A DNA stretch of 64,000 bases from Octopus bimaculoides (lineage: Eukaryota): positions 66,745,218 through 66,809,217 of the forward strand of contig NC_068990.1 of assembly GCF_001194135.2 (NCBI RefSeq). Direction: 5' to 3'. Below are positions 1 to 11,404 of the stretch, in pieces. A program made the translations under genes and the position numbers. Below the pieces are notes generated by a model that was given only the letters and a program-made list of their open reading frames with translations, was not told the DNA's origin and searched no databases. The first letter of the stretch is position 1; the number at the start of each line of letters is the position of its first letter.

Positions 1-32
<32 letters not shown>

Positions 33-35
<3 letters not shown>

Positions 36-460
36 TGATAGAATAAGTACTAGGCTTACAAAGAATAAATCCTGGGATTGATTTCTCCGACTATAGTCTG
101 TGCTCCAGCGTGGCAGCAGTCAAATAACAGAAATAAATAAAAGAAATAATATATATATATATATATGTGTGTGTGTGATCATCATCGTTTAAAGTCAACT
201 CTCCTTTATGTATGTATGTATGTATGTATGTATGTATGTATGTATGTGTCTTTGTATCTGTGTTTGACCCGCACCACCGCTTGAAAACCAGTGATGGTGT
301 GTTTACGTCCCTATAACTTAGCGGTTCGGCAAAAGTGTACGATAGAATAAGTAACTGGCTTTAAAAAAGTACTGTGGGTCGATTCATTCGACCAAAAATT
401 CTTTAAAGTGATGCCCCAGCCTGACCGCTGTCTAACGCCTGAGACAATTACAAGGTGAAA
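33..460 (+). mobile_element. Two 3' portions of SINE family B separated by (TA)n/(TATG)n
   Basis: gatagaataagtac...gtcgat...ccccagc/ctccagc...gaaacaagtaaaaga-type tail seen at 33-145 and 240-460; matches the tail of the full copies at 26340-26717 and 3738-4140. Confidence 0.75.
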
Positions 461-958
461 GATATGTCTTATGCTTCTGTAGTATGAGAAACGAAATCAC
501 GTGTTTAAAAGCCATCAATTCAAATAAGTACGAACTTTTGGTTCTCGAACCCCTTGCAGGGCTTAGTCGGACAAATCGATCCCAGTACTTTTCTTTTGAA
601 GTCTGGTATACTGGCGATAAGCCATAACCAAGAGAATACGATTCTAATTCTTGCCACATGAACAGAACAAACAGAAACTGACTTGCTTCATAAAATATTA
701 TGTACTGTGCGTTTGTAGATATTCACTAACAACTAGGATTTATAATTCTTGGTGCAGCTGTTTCTCTTCTGAGTCACTAATATTGATTATTTTCATTGCG
801 TTCCGTTTGTCGATGTTTTGTCGATGTACAGAGTGAACTTTTGAGGTGAATCTATTCAACTGAATCAATTCTGATATTCACATACATACATACATACATA
901 CATACATACATACATGCATACCCGCACAAATAGGTATGTAAGCATGGATGTAGACGTA

Positions 959-1005
<47 letters not shown>

Positions 1006-1604
1006 NNNNNNNNNNTGTGTATATATATATATATATATATACATAAACAGGCAAAGAGACAGACATTCTGATTGATTGATTTATTGATTGTTTGACTGAT
1101 TGAATGATTGATTGATAGTACATGTTCAGTGCAAAGTTATTTCATGAATCGAGATACTTAACCACTGAGAATGCACAACACTCCAACAGATAATCAGTGG
1201 TATGACTTCTTGTTGAAGGGAATAAAACGATCACGAAGAATGGACCACCAATGCACAGATGCACAGCATAAGATATGGGATATTTACGACAAATTTCTTT
1301 ACTGGACATCGAGACGTCTCAGTAACTATTCGGTTCATCAGCTACAATCATAACAACAAAAGTACCGGCAGGAAGAAAAAAACAAGCAAAACAAACACTT
1401 TCTTAGCACACACACGTGCAGTTCAAGAGCAGATCTCTCACCCACTACCATCAGCACCAACACCAACACCAAGAATATCAAATAAATAAAAAACTACCGA
1501 AGAAACAAAAGCCAACATATAAAGACACCGAAAAATGACTAAGTGAAGTGACCTACTGCGCTGCATTTTTGTTTTCTTCGCCTCAAATAGCTTTACTAAT
1601 AGCA

Positions 1605-2415
1605 GTCAGTGTATATGTACATGGCTTAGGTTTGGCATGGAAGCTGAGAAACCTGCTCAATGTCGTCAAATCACTGCGACTTTCCGTAGTGGCCACAATA
1701 GAAATCAGGAGTTCCGAGACAAAACCTCTCGCCTTCCTAAACGACTACAAGACTTGGATCGAATGGCCTTGTGCCTTTTCCAGAAGGGTTGGACATTAAG
1801 ATAATGCAGCTTGTTTTTCTAGAACTAGACGGCAAATCGGGTTTTCCGGACTTCAGCAGTGCCGAGTGTGATGGCAAAACCATCAAATTAGTAGTCGTTT
1901 ACAACCCGCCTGGAGCATGCAAACCAGATTTCTTTAGATGTCAAGAGACATTTCTAGGAACATTTAACTCATTAATGTTAGTGGTGCCGGAGATGGATGA
2001 CATTGATGCTTACCTCGACGATTTCTGGTCACTCTCGGACTAGGAAGCATAAAAGCATGCAAAGTCGATTTCAGCAGACAAAATAGCAGACGTACTGAAC
2101 AACTATGAGAGGCGAAAAATGTCAGGATTTGGCTTGTTTGCTTTTGTCTTGTAAGTTGTCTACTGCAACAGGCAACAGATTGGAAGCAATCCTAATTGAG
2201 TTAGCCGTTGGATGGTTACTAAAAACTGACTCAAAGGAGACGATGTGGAAGAACACTTCAGGCTTATAACTCTGCTCAACTCAGGTACTCGTCAAGAGGT
2301 CGGTGCTTATCGTCGGTTGTATAGTCAGTAACACGCAAACCTGTGCCATTCCCGGCAAATCTATTCTTGACACTCATCGCTTCAGGCAACACATTGTAGA
2401 GTGGATCAGTTCAAA
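1605..2415 (+). pseudogene. Decayed L1/Tx1-like non-LTR retrotransposon ORF2 (APE endonuclease plus start of RT, internally deleted)
   Basis: Translations VYVHGLGLAWKLRNLLNVVKSLRLSVVATIEIR and LVVVYNPPGACKPDFFRCQETFLGT resemble APE motifs; 2230-2410 gives FRLITLLN and SNTQTCAIPGKSILDTHRFRQHIVEWI, resembling the Tx1/L1 RT N-terminal motifs; stops and frameshifts present. Confidence 0.7.
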
Positions 2416-2624
2416 TTATGAGAGAGACGAGTTTACAAAAACAAAAAATAAAACACAAGTATTTAACTTTATGCTCTGAGTTCAAATCTGACCAAGGACT
2501 ATTTTTTTCCTTTTACCCTTTCATCTTCGATAATCAATCGATTAAGAACCAATTTTAATTTGGGAGTAGATTCTCTTTTTCTATTTGAAGTATTGTGTTA
2601 ATGAGGACATTATCCTGTTATCGA

Positions 2625-2786
2625 TCTGCCTCTTTACGTTCTGAGTTGAAATTCACCGAGGTTGAATTCGGCTTTCATCATTTCGGAGTCGATGAAATAA
2701 GTACTACCATTTTGAGCAATGATGACGAAGTAATCGATTTACCCGCTCCCCTCACAACTGCTGATTCCGTGCCAAAATTTGAAACC
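2625..2786 (+). mobile_element. SINE family A copy (5' degraded)
   Basis: ctttacgttctgagttgaaattcaccgaggttgaattcggctttcatc...gtgccaaaatttgaaacc, the most frequent repeat in the window. Confidence 0.8.
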
Positions 2787-3737
2787 GTTATTATGCTACC
2801 GATCTCTAAAGAACAACAGCAATATCAAAAACAGAAACATGGTCTCTAGTGAACGAACAGTACGATAAACTTGTTCAAGGATATACCAAACAAGCCACAA
2901 ACTTGTGGCTCCAAATTTCTACTACGGTTTCTGATATCTTTTCTTCCTGAAGTCCTCTCCAATCAACTATAACTGTAATTTAATTGTATGTAGTACGTTA
3001 TTTAAGGTGATGTTCTCGTTAGTCTAGAAGATGAAGGCAATAAAATTGAAAATGACAATGATTTATTAAATAATTTAGTTGAGAAAAAAATGCAATTACA
3101 GACTTTAGTCGAATTAAATTAATAAAATTGATGTACTTGATCCAGTGATACCAGAATTCCAAATTCTGATTGACATTTCCGTTAGTGCTTGACTCAATAT
3201 TCAATATTCTATATTCAATATATTTTTTAATGCAATGAAATTGAAATTAAAAATACAAAACCATAGATGACAGAGTATAATTCATAAAATTATGTCTATT
3301 CTCTGCGCTCATCCATCAATGTTTTATCGCGTCACCTGGTCAATGAAAGACTTCTTTCTTTATATCGAATAATTTGGAAATCTTTGCAGAATTTAGGGAC
3401 TTACTAAACTCAGGTAGAGTACATTTCCTCGCTTCTGTTTTCAATGTTTAGATCATTCAAGACATCATATGGCTTTATATTGTCAATGTTTGTCAAGCAG
3501 CTGATTTGTTACCAAAGCCGTTCGTGTACAATAAATTGGGTTCACACACACACACACTCGCGCGCACGTATATGGGGTGGGGAGTATGCAAATGCGTGTG
3601 TGTATACATTTTTAATCGAATTGTGCATGTACCTTAAGAACATAAGTTTCTTGTAGTGGTAATTCGCGTTTATTTAATCTGGGTACGAACATGGAGGAAT
3701 CTCACAGCCCCGTTAAACTTAATGAAACACTCCCTCT

Positions 3738-3951
3738 CATTCTTTCACTTGTTTCAGTCATTTGACTGCGGCCGTGCTGGAGCACCGCCTGAAACGGTGT
3801 TAGTCGAAGACGTCGACCCGAGGACTTATTCTTTGTAAGACTAGTACTTATTCTATCGGTCTAGTTTGCTGAACCGCTAGGTTACGGGGACATAGACACA
3901 CCAGCATCGGTTGTTGTTGTTGGGGGGGGACACACACACACACACACACAC

Positions 3952-3982
<31 letters not shown>

Positions 3983-4140
3983 AGAAGCCCGTCGTGTATA
4001 TATATATATATATATATATATACGACGGGCTTCTTCCAATTTCCGTCTACTAAATCCACTCACGAAGGTATAGTAGAAGACGCCCAAAGTGCCACGCAGT
4101 GGGGCTAAACCCGGAACCAAGTGTTTGGGAACCAAGTTTC
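3738..4140 (-). mobile_element. SINE family B (tRNA-like head, CORE-like segment, internal TA/TG microsatellite), first ~20 nt missing
   Basis: Collinear with 26340-26717; minus strand reads B-box-like ggttccgggtttagcc, then ggcactttgggcg, internal (TA)n(TATG)n(TG)n and the common tail. Confidence 0.85.
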
Positions 4141-5610
4141 TTTATTTCAATATTTTGCTATTAAGGCATAACATAGAGGAGACACTACAAGACATGTTGT
4201 GACATATAACAATTAAAAATATGTAAAAATCAAAATATGATACTATGAATAACGTTCAAATGAACATGAGAAAATAAACTAAGGTTATGATTATGTGCAT
4301 GATATGTGAAAATGAAAATATGAAGAGTGTGCTACTCACCCCACACTGAGTAACACCACTCACCGCCTCTGAGTGCTAATTTCTCTTTAGTCTCTGTTCT
4401 AGTCCTTCTGTTTCCGCTCTCGTTATCGCTCAACGACAACACTCTCTCGTAACCTTTTTCACCAGGGTATGGGTCTTCTAAATTCTGTGGTGTCTGCTCT
4501 TTTTCTTTTTTCCTGTGGGGAAAGGGGGTGAGTGGGTTTGGTGTCTGTATGGAGAGGGTGGATCTGAGTGGTCTTGGGTGGGATGGAGTTGGACTGGGGT
4601 ACCACATCCTACTCAGTGTTCTTTCTTTTTCTTCCTCTTCTTCCTTCTACACTCTATTAATATCCATTCTTCCTCCATTCCTCCGTCTGTCTTTTTTTCC
4701 TCCCTTTTCTCCTCCGTCTCCACAACTGCTTCATCTGTTGTTTTCTTCTGTAGAGGACAGTGTGCTCTAATGTGGCCTTTTTGGCCACATTTACACCAAC
4801 ATGGGACTCTGCCCTCCACCCACACTCTTAACATAATTTCTCCCAACGTCACCGTCTCCGCCAGCCTCTCTAGCTGCCTCTTCTCCGCCTCCGATGACAT
4901 CCAGAGATTTCCCTCCCTATCCGCCTTCTTACGTTTCCGTGGCTTGGAGGACAGCCACCTCCTACTCACTTCGAACGAGGACGGCTGCCGCAACCCAAGC
5001 CACTTCTATATCGGGTGGGATTGCTTCCACCCTTACCCTGGAAGTCTTTCTTCCAAGATATGTGGGCAGAAGCACCACCTCTTCCGTCCTCGCTGCCACA
5101 TTCGCCAGCCTCCTCGCCTCCTCCATTGCCCTAAACTGGACGACCACATCGTTATGTACGTAATTTGGTTCGACTGTTTCCTTAGCGCCTTTTCTGTTAC
5201 TTCAGCTTCCACCTGTTCAGCCTTTTTGTTCTTCAGCGAGTGCACCCTATAGGTAATAGTTTTTCTCTCCATTTGCTCCATAATTCTTTTAGGGGACGAC
5301 AACTTCACGTCGCCGCCCACCTTCTGCGTCACTTTTCCATATCCCTTTAATCCAGCTAGGTCTACATCATTTTTTTTAACCTCCGCCGCCCCAGAAAAAC
5401 TTGTTCTTTCCAATATTCCGTCCATTCTCCTCAATGCTTTCACCAGCTCCTCCTCCGCTGAAGACAACTCCAAATATTGGATTAAAAATCTTTTGGATAG
5501 ATCGATTTTTCTATTCATTGTTTGGGTGCTAATATTTTTAGTTTTATCTTATTCGAGCTCCACCATTTAAAACGAATTGTTTGACATTTCTTGAAGTTTC
5601 TCAATTCCCA
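4141..5610 (-). mobile_element. ORF1-only non-LTR retroelement (L1/Tx1-like ORF1 with CCHC zinc knuckle), frameshifted
   Basis: Overlapping minus ORFs 5518-5033, 5147-4962, 4993-4613 and 4607-4332 join into about 400 aa including VEGRVPCWCKCGQKGHIRAHCP (CX2CX4HX4C) and a Lys/Pro-rich C-terminus; then about 190 bp AT-rich 3' UTR ending in AATAAA (4146-4141); no ORF2. Confidence 0.75.
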
Positions 5611-5625
5611 TGACTTAATACATAC

Positions 5626-5686
<61 letters not shown>

Positions 5687-6494
5687 GAGAGAAAGAGAGA
5701 AAGAGAGACATAGATAGATTATAAATAGATAGCTACATACATATACATTCATGCATATATATGCATAAATACATACACATATGTGTGTTTATCTTTAGTG
5801 ACTGACTCGGTGGCGTTGGTAGGAGAAAGGAAAATATTTCCTACAAATAAAATATTTCAGTCAGTTGTCTTCAAATTACCATATATGATTTTTCCATTAG
5901 AATTTCTGTGAAAGAAGCTTAGCCGAAGAATTGTTCCTCATCTGTGTGCAATATTATTTAATCCTCATGAAGACATTAGAGGTGTAAGTGGTAATGATTT
6001 AATTAATTGAGACTAACCTAATTATTATTGCGATTAATTAACGCTCTTCAAAAAGAAACATTGCTAATTTATATTTCGTGTTTACTTATTTGCTTAAGAA
6101 ACACGTGCTTCGGTGACTTATCTCCAAATGAAAGGCTGTTCATCTTGTTCTAAGCGCAAAGTTTAAAACGCCATAAAAGAATCAAAACGAAAACAAGCCA
6201 TTTATTTTCCATTTAATGATGTAAAACATCAATTGTCTATATTCTTTGCTTTAATGTTTGTAATCAGCGGTAATCACCAATAAATGATTAACTCTACTGA
6301 CATTTTGGGAGGTTGTGAGGATGGCGTTGGGACATTTATGCCATTCCTAAGAACATTAGAGATCGAGTTGACATGAAAAACCTACAACCAAAGAATGGAA
6401 ATTGGTTGTAGCTTTCTTCTCTATATTCCTTGATATTTGAATTTAACTACTAGTTTATATAATAATGAATCTATTCATCCTTAATACGTTCTGG

Positions 6495-6903
6495 CAGATT
6501 CGAACGTGAATGTCTAATCGTATTTACACCGGTAACCCGGTGAATCACGTGTTTTATGAACATATGTCAGCCTAAATGGAGGGGGCATTCTCTGATGATG
6601 ATAAATAATGATGATCAGATAGTCAGGCTCGAGTCTGTCACAACATGTTGAGAATGAATATATGGAAATATTTTATTGTTTGGATTCGCGTTGTTCTGTA
6701 TGCACCCCATGAATTATAATCAGCACACATTTCTATAAAGAAAAGCCTATACTCTTGTTAGATTCATTAGTCCATTTGGGTAATTTTTACTGATTAGGCA
6801 CACAATAAGATGGAAAGAATGCGCTCTCAAAGTCCCCTAACAAGGGTTTATCATGCATACTATGAACGCGTCATCTAAAGGGAGATATTCACGTTCGAAT
6901 CTG
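6495..6903. repeat. 21-bp inverted repeat pair about 370 bp apart (possible MITE)
   Basis: cagattcgaacgtgaatgtct (6495-6515) versus agatattcacgttcgaatctg (6883-6903): 20/21 complementary. Confidence 0.55.
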
Positions 6904-6972
6904 GCTGTCCTATGTGCATCCCTTGAATTGTTGCCAATTCATATATTTCTGCTAAAAGAATTATATATTGCT

Positions 6973-7147
6973 TTCAAATTTTAATCAGCAATTCCGGGGG
7001 ACGGTGTAAGTCGATTACATCGATCCCAACGTTCAACTGGTACATATTTTATCCAACCCCGAAAGAAGGAAATACAAAATCGAAGGTGAACGATATGCCG
7101 CTAAACATTCTACCCGGCGTGCTAACGATTCTGCCAGCTCACCTCCC
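6973..7147 (-). mobile_element. SINE family A copy
   Basis: Ends ...gtgctaacgattctgccagctcacctccc (reverse complement of the family A head). Confidence 0.85.
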
Positions 7148-7698
7148 ATTAAAATCAAACAAGTGAAAGCAAGCATTAACTTGCTGTCCTAAAACCCAGG
7201 ATTTGTTAAATTATCTTCAGAAAATGAACACCTTCTTTCTTTCTGTCTTTCTTTCTTTCTTTTCTCATCTGCTCTGCTGCTAGGTAAATAATAAAGCAAA
7301 CGAGAGAGGGTTTACGAATCCGCATATCTGAAATTTAGGGTTTAACATTTCACCAATTAGTTCTTTCAAATAATTGTTTCTCATAAAGAAAAAATAACAG
7401 CAATATTTTAACAATAAACAAAATCAATTTTGAATTGAAGAAATATGGCCTCTTGTCTTAATCTCAGTAGTTTAGCTCTCAAACATATAGAAAACAAATT
7501 CATCTCCAGGAAGGATTTATCTTTGAAGAGAAGAACGCTATTTGGATTCCGTAAAATATTCCACTCCATATTGTTCTGATTTTTCAATATCCAGCTTCTT
7601 AGAAATAAATCCTTAATTCTATCATGAAACGATTGTTTTATATGGATACTAGGGAGTTGCAGGATGTACATAGAAAAACTTACACTCATAGAAAGAAT

Positions 7699-8128
7699 GG
7701 TCTCAAATTTTGGCGCAAGATAAATTATTTTAGGCAGAAGGGGTTTAGTCGATTATATAGATTTCATAGAACTTAATTTATCGACCCCGAAATGATGAAA
7801 GGCAAAGTTTGAGGAATTTGAACTCAGAATGTAATCATCCGGAAGAAATGCCACTCATCATTTTGTTCGACGTGCAACCGACTCTGTTAGCTTACCACTA
7901 AAGTAATTCTTTCTGAAATAGTCTTAAGACCTGAAATTTTATAGCAACGACCAGTCGATTACGGCGATCCTAGTACCTAGCTGTTACTTATTTTATCGAC
8001 TCGAAAGAGTCAATACTGTTACTTATTTTATCAGCTTCGACGGCATTCGAAATCAGAACGTAAGGAGCTGGGAGAAATACCTCTAAGCATTTTATTCGGT
8101 GCACTAACAATTCAATCAGCTCACCATC
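7699..8128 (-). mobile_element. Two tandem degraded SINE family A copies
   Basis: atcgaccccgaaatgatgaaaggcaaagt...gaactcagaatgta at about 7699-7897 and a second copy at about 7925-8128. Confidence 0.75.
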
Positions 8129-8503
8129 TTACATATAAATAATCCAAAGTATGAGTTGTAGGTAATATTCCATTTCTCCTACCTGCCTGTTTTTCGCTCT
8201 TTTCCTCATTGTTTGTCTTCCTTTGTCTTATACGCATGTATACCTTTACCATAACATTAACGAAGAATAATATTACATATTCTAAACATCAATTTAAAAC
8301 GGTTTTACTAACGGGGATCGAATAACATCTCTGTCTCTTAGAGATAGAACTAAAGAACGCCTAACGGTCATTACATCTTCACAAATTACGATACTAAATA
8401 TGTAAGGTCTCGTCAATAAGTCTAATTAGCTTTCTTTGTCTTAAACCGGGAATCAACCTCCACTATCAATCTTGTTTAAAATATTAAGATTTAACGAACT
8501 CAC

Positions 8504-8613
8504 TATCTGTAAAATGCCTTCCCTGTATTCCATCTCTTCTAAATTCTGATGATAACTTCATCTCACCAGTGACAGAGACCCTTAAAAGTGTTTTGGGCCT
8601 TGTCCTTTCTCCT
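8504..8613 (-). CDS. Candidate internal exon of an unidentified host gene
   Basis: Minus strand: T-run...aaatcag| 110 bp |gtgagt; one frame is open (GERTRPKTLLRVSVTGEMKLSSEFRRDGIQGRHFTD); no protein recognised and no partner exon found. Confidence 0.25.
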
Positions 8614-8713
8614 CTGATTTAGTCAGTAAAAAAAAAAAATAGATGTCGAGTGCTCATGCCCTGTGGAATTCTTTTCTGTTTTATGAAAACTTACTAATAA
8701 TTGTTCCTAAAAT

Positions 8714-9030
8714 AGGAACAAGGCTAAATATCTGGTGGGAATGACATAGTTGACTACTTCGGCCCAGTAGTTGAATTATATTTGATCGATCTCGGAAACG
8801 TGAATGGTAAAGTTCATCTTAACCGCTAGTGACCTACTGAATACTGAGAAACATTTTAATCGTCACTCTCCCAATTCTGTGAATCCGCCACCATTACATT
8901 AAACCACCCACAATCAGAGTTGTCGAGAGTTGAACAAACTACCTAGCGGTATACGTTTTGGCTCTCTGCACTCCAAGTTTAAATGCCGCTGAGCTCAGCC
9001 TTAACTTACCTCCTTTCGGGAGAGATACAT
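8714..9030. mobile_element. Head-to-head degraded SINE family A copies (- 8714-8892; + 8915-9030)
   Basis: Degenerate matches to the family A body and head in both orientations. Confidence 0.55.
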
Positions 9031-11404
9031 AAAACAGCAAGACCCACACAAGTGACGATTCACCCCTCTATCTCTTTTTCTATTAGTTTTTTTCTAGACG
9101 AAATCAAATCTTATTAAACCTGGAAGAAGATAGACTGTGTCATGTTTAAAGGTGGCCAAGATATACCGTATGTTTCGACAGTACCTCCACGACTCCATCA
9201 GGGCTTGAGGACCCAAGACACATATAAAAATGCTAATAACTTAAATAGAGAGAGTTCTATAAAATACACACCCTCTGTAAGGTTACATGATTTACTAGAG
9301 ATAGTAGGAAACAGTTGCAGAAATTATCCCACACCACTTTGGTTTAAAAAAAGATAAACAGAGATCGACACACATGAAAACAGAGAAAGAGTAAGAAACA
9401 ATTATTAAGGTGAAACTGGGCTGACCAAGGGCTAAATATCTTTAACAATAGCAATAAAACTATTTTAAAACTCGTTAACACATATCCACAACAATAGATA
9501 CTTAATAAATGTGAATATGCTTTTATGTTAAATCTGGTTGTGTATGTGCTTATTTTATTAGCTGCTCATTGTAGTACCTGTTAAAGCTAATAGATCGAAA
9601 AAGCAATAATCTTCTTCCACATATCAAAAGAGCCTGTTTCAAAAGCAGGTGGTGTAGTTGATTAAATCAATCTAAAACTTATTTTATCTTATCAACTTAG
9701 AAAGTTGAGAAGAACCATTGACTCCAGTGTGCATTAGAACACAATAATGATATGCAGCGCTGAACTCGCCTCTGTACGATATCTGGCTCGGTTCCTCGCC
9801 ATACTTCACAACACAAAATAACCAGCTAGTTAACATATTTGTAGTCCCTTAATCTGCTAAAAGTAACAGCCAGTGCACATTAAAACTTTGCTAAGAAAGA
9901 GAATAAATTTGGCGAAAACAGACATTAATTTTTTTTTTAGATGAAGTTACATAGCATACAGCAGAGATTCTCAAGATAGTTACCATCTCCTGGGGCAGTC
10001 GGAAATTTTAAATGTGTTCGGGGGTAGGGTATATTATGAGATCAGTAGGGAAGAGAACGACATTTGCATTTGTACAGGTTTTTAGACTTTAGTATTCTGT
10101 TTCAATATTTACTTTTAAAGCAGAATTTATGTAATATTATGACAAACACTTCTTAACCACAATGACAAAAGCCACGACATTAATAATAGCAGTGACACCA
10201 ATAATAATCGAATTCAAATCTAAATAAGAAAATAAACTGAATGTATACCAGCTGAGTAGGTAAATTATGAACAATGAACAAAAGAGTAATTCTAAAGATA
10301 TTGTCAAAATTTCGGATTATTTCCATACATGCAATAAAGACAGCCACTGCACTCGTTAGATAACATCCTTACAAGTGTGTGAAAATATATGTATATGTGG
10401 TGTATTTCATTTTGCCGAATCAGACTAAAAAAAAATAGGGGTAATAATTAATAAAGAATTAGAAGTTTTGCTGTAGGATTACCCATCTTTTGACGGGTAA
10501 AATAAGGGATACATACATGCATGCATACATACATACATANNNNNNNNNNATATCATCATTCCGAGTAATGTGAAGTAATGTCACACAAATTATGTATATA
10601 TAATTATTACTTTTACTATTTCCAAATTTCATGTCAAAATGAATACTAATGAAATGAATACTAATTTTCAAAATATTTTTTAAAATTACAATAAAATTGA
10701 AATTAATTTCTCATTTGTTATATATTTGCAATAAAATGTTATTAATAACAATAATACTATTTAAATATGAATAAATTATAAATGTAACATCAGCTGACAC
10801 TACCAACAACGTCAAAAGTAAGTATTTTCATAACACTAACTTTTATAAGACATGTTGTTTGAGTATATCTAGTTAATACGTAATAACGGAAGTAGAGAAA
10901 TCCATTAAGATCTGAGTAATCTCTATTTGGAGGACGGACAAATAGAGAGAGACGAGAGACACACTGTCAGTTATATTGATAAATAATGGGGAATATACTA
11001 AACGTTGTATTTCACGTAAGTGGAATCACTTTTATGCTTCTTAAAGTTATAATACAGAGAAAAGATATTGAAGCTCTTATCTAACAAATTTTAAATGGTA
11101 TCTGTACTGAACACTAGTTTTATAGTACCGATCAACGCTATTACACACATAAACAGAATTTACCAATTACTACTTGGCACGTTATTCAAGTGGAATCGTT
11201 TTCATACCTCTTACAGCAATTAGTATCATTTTTAATGATATTTGTTATGGCTGTTGTAATTTAACCTTTTATTGTTTTGCGTGTTTCATTTATGAGGCTG
11301 CTACTATGTTGGGGGTCAGCCTTGAAGTGTTTTATTCCAGGAACCATTTTTTTTATCTTTTCGCCCCTTTCATTACTATTTTATTCTGTAGATCCCCATC
11401 CCGA

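Noticed and set aside
2885-2975. Minus-strand open stretch IVDWRGLQEEKISETVVEIWSHKFVACL with a possible donor
   Set aside because: Weak splice signals, no recognisable homology, short enough to be chance.
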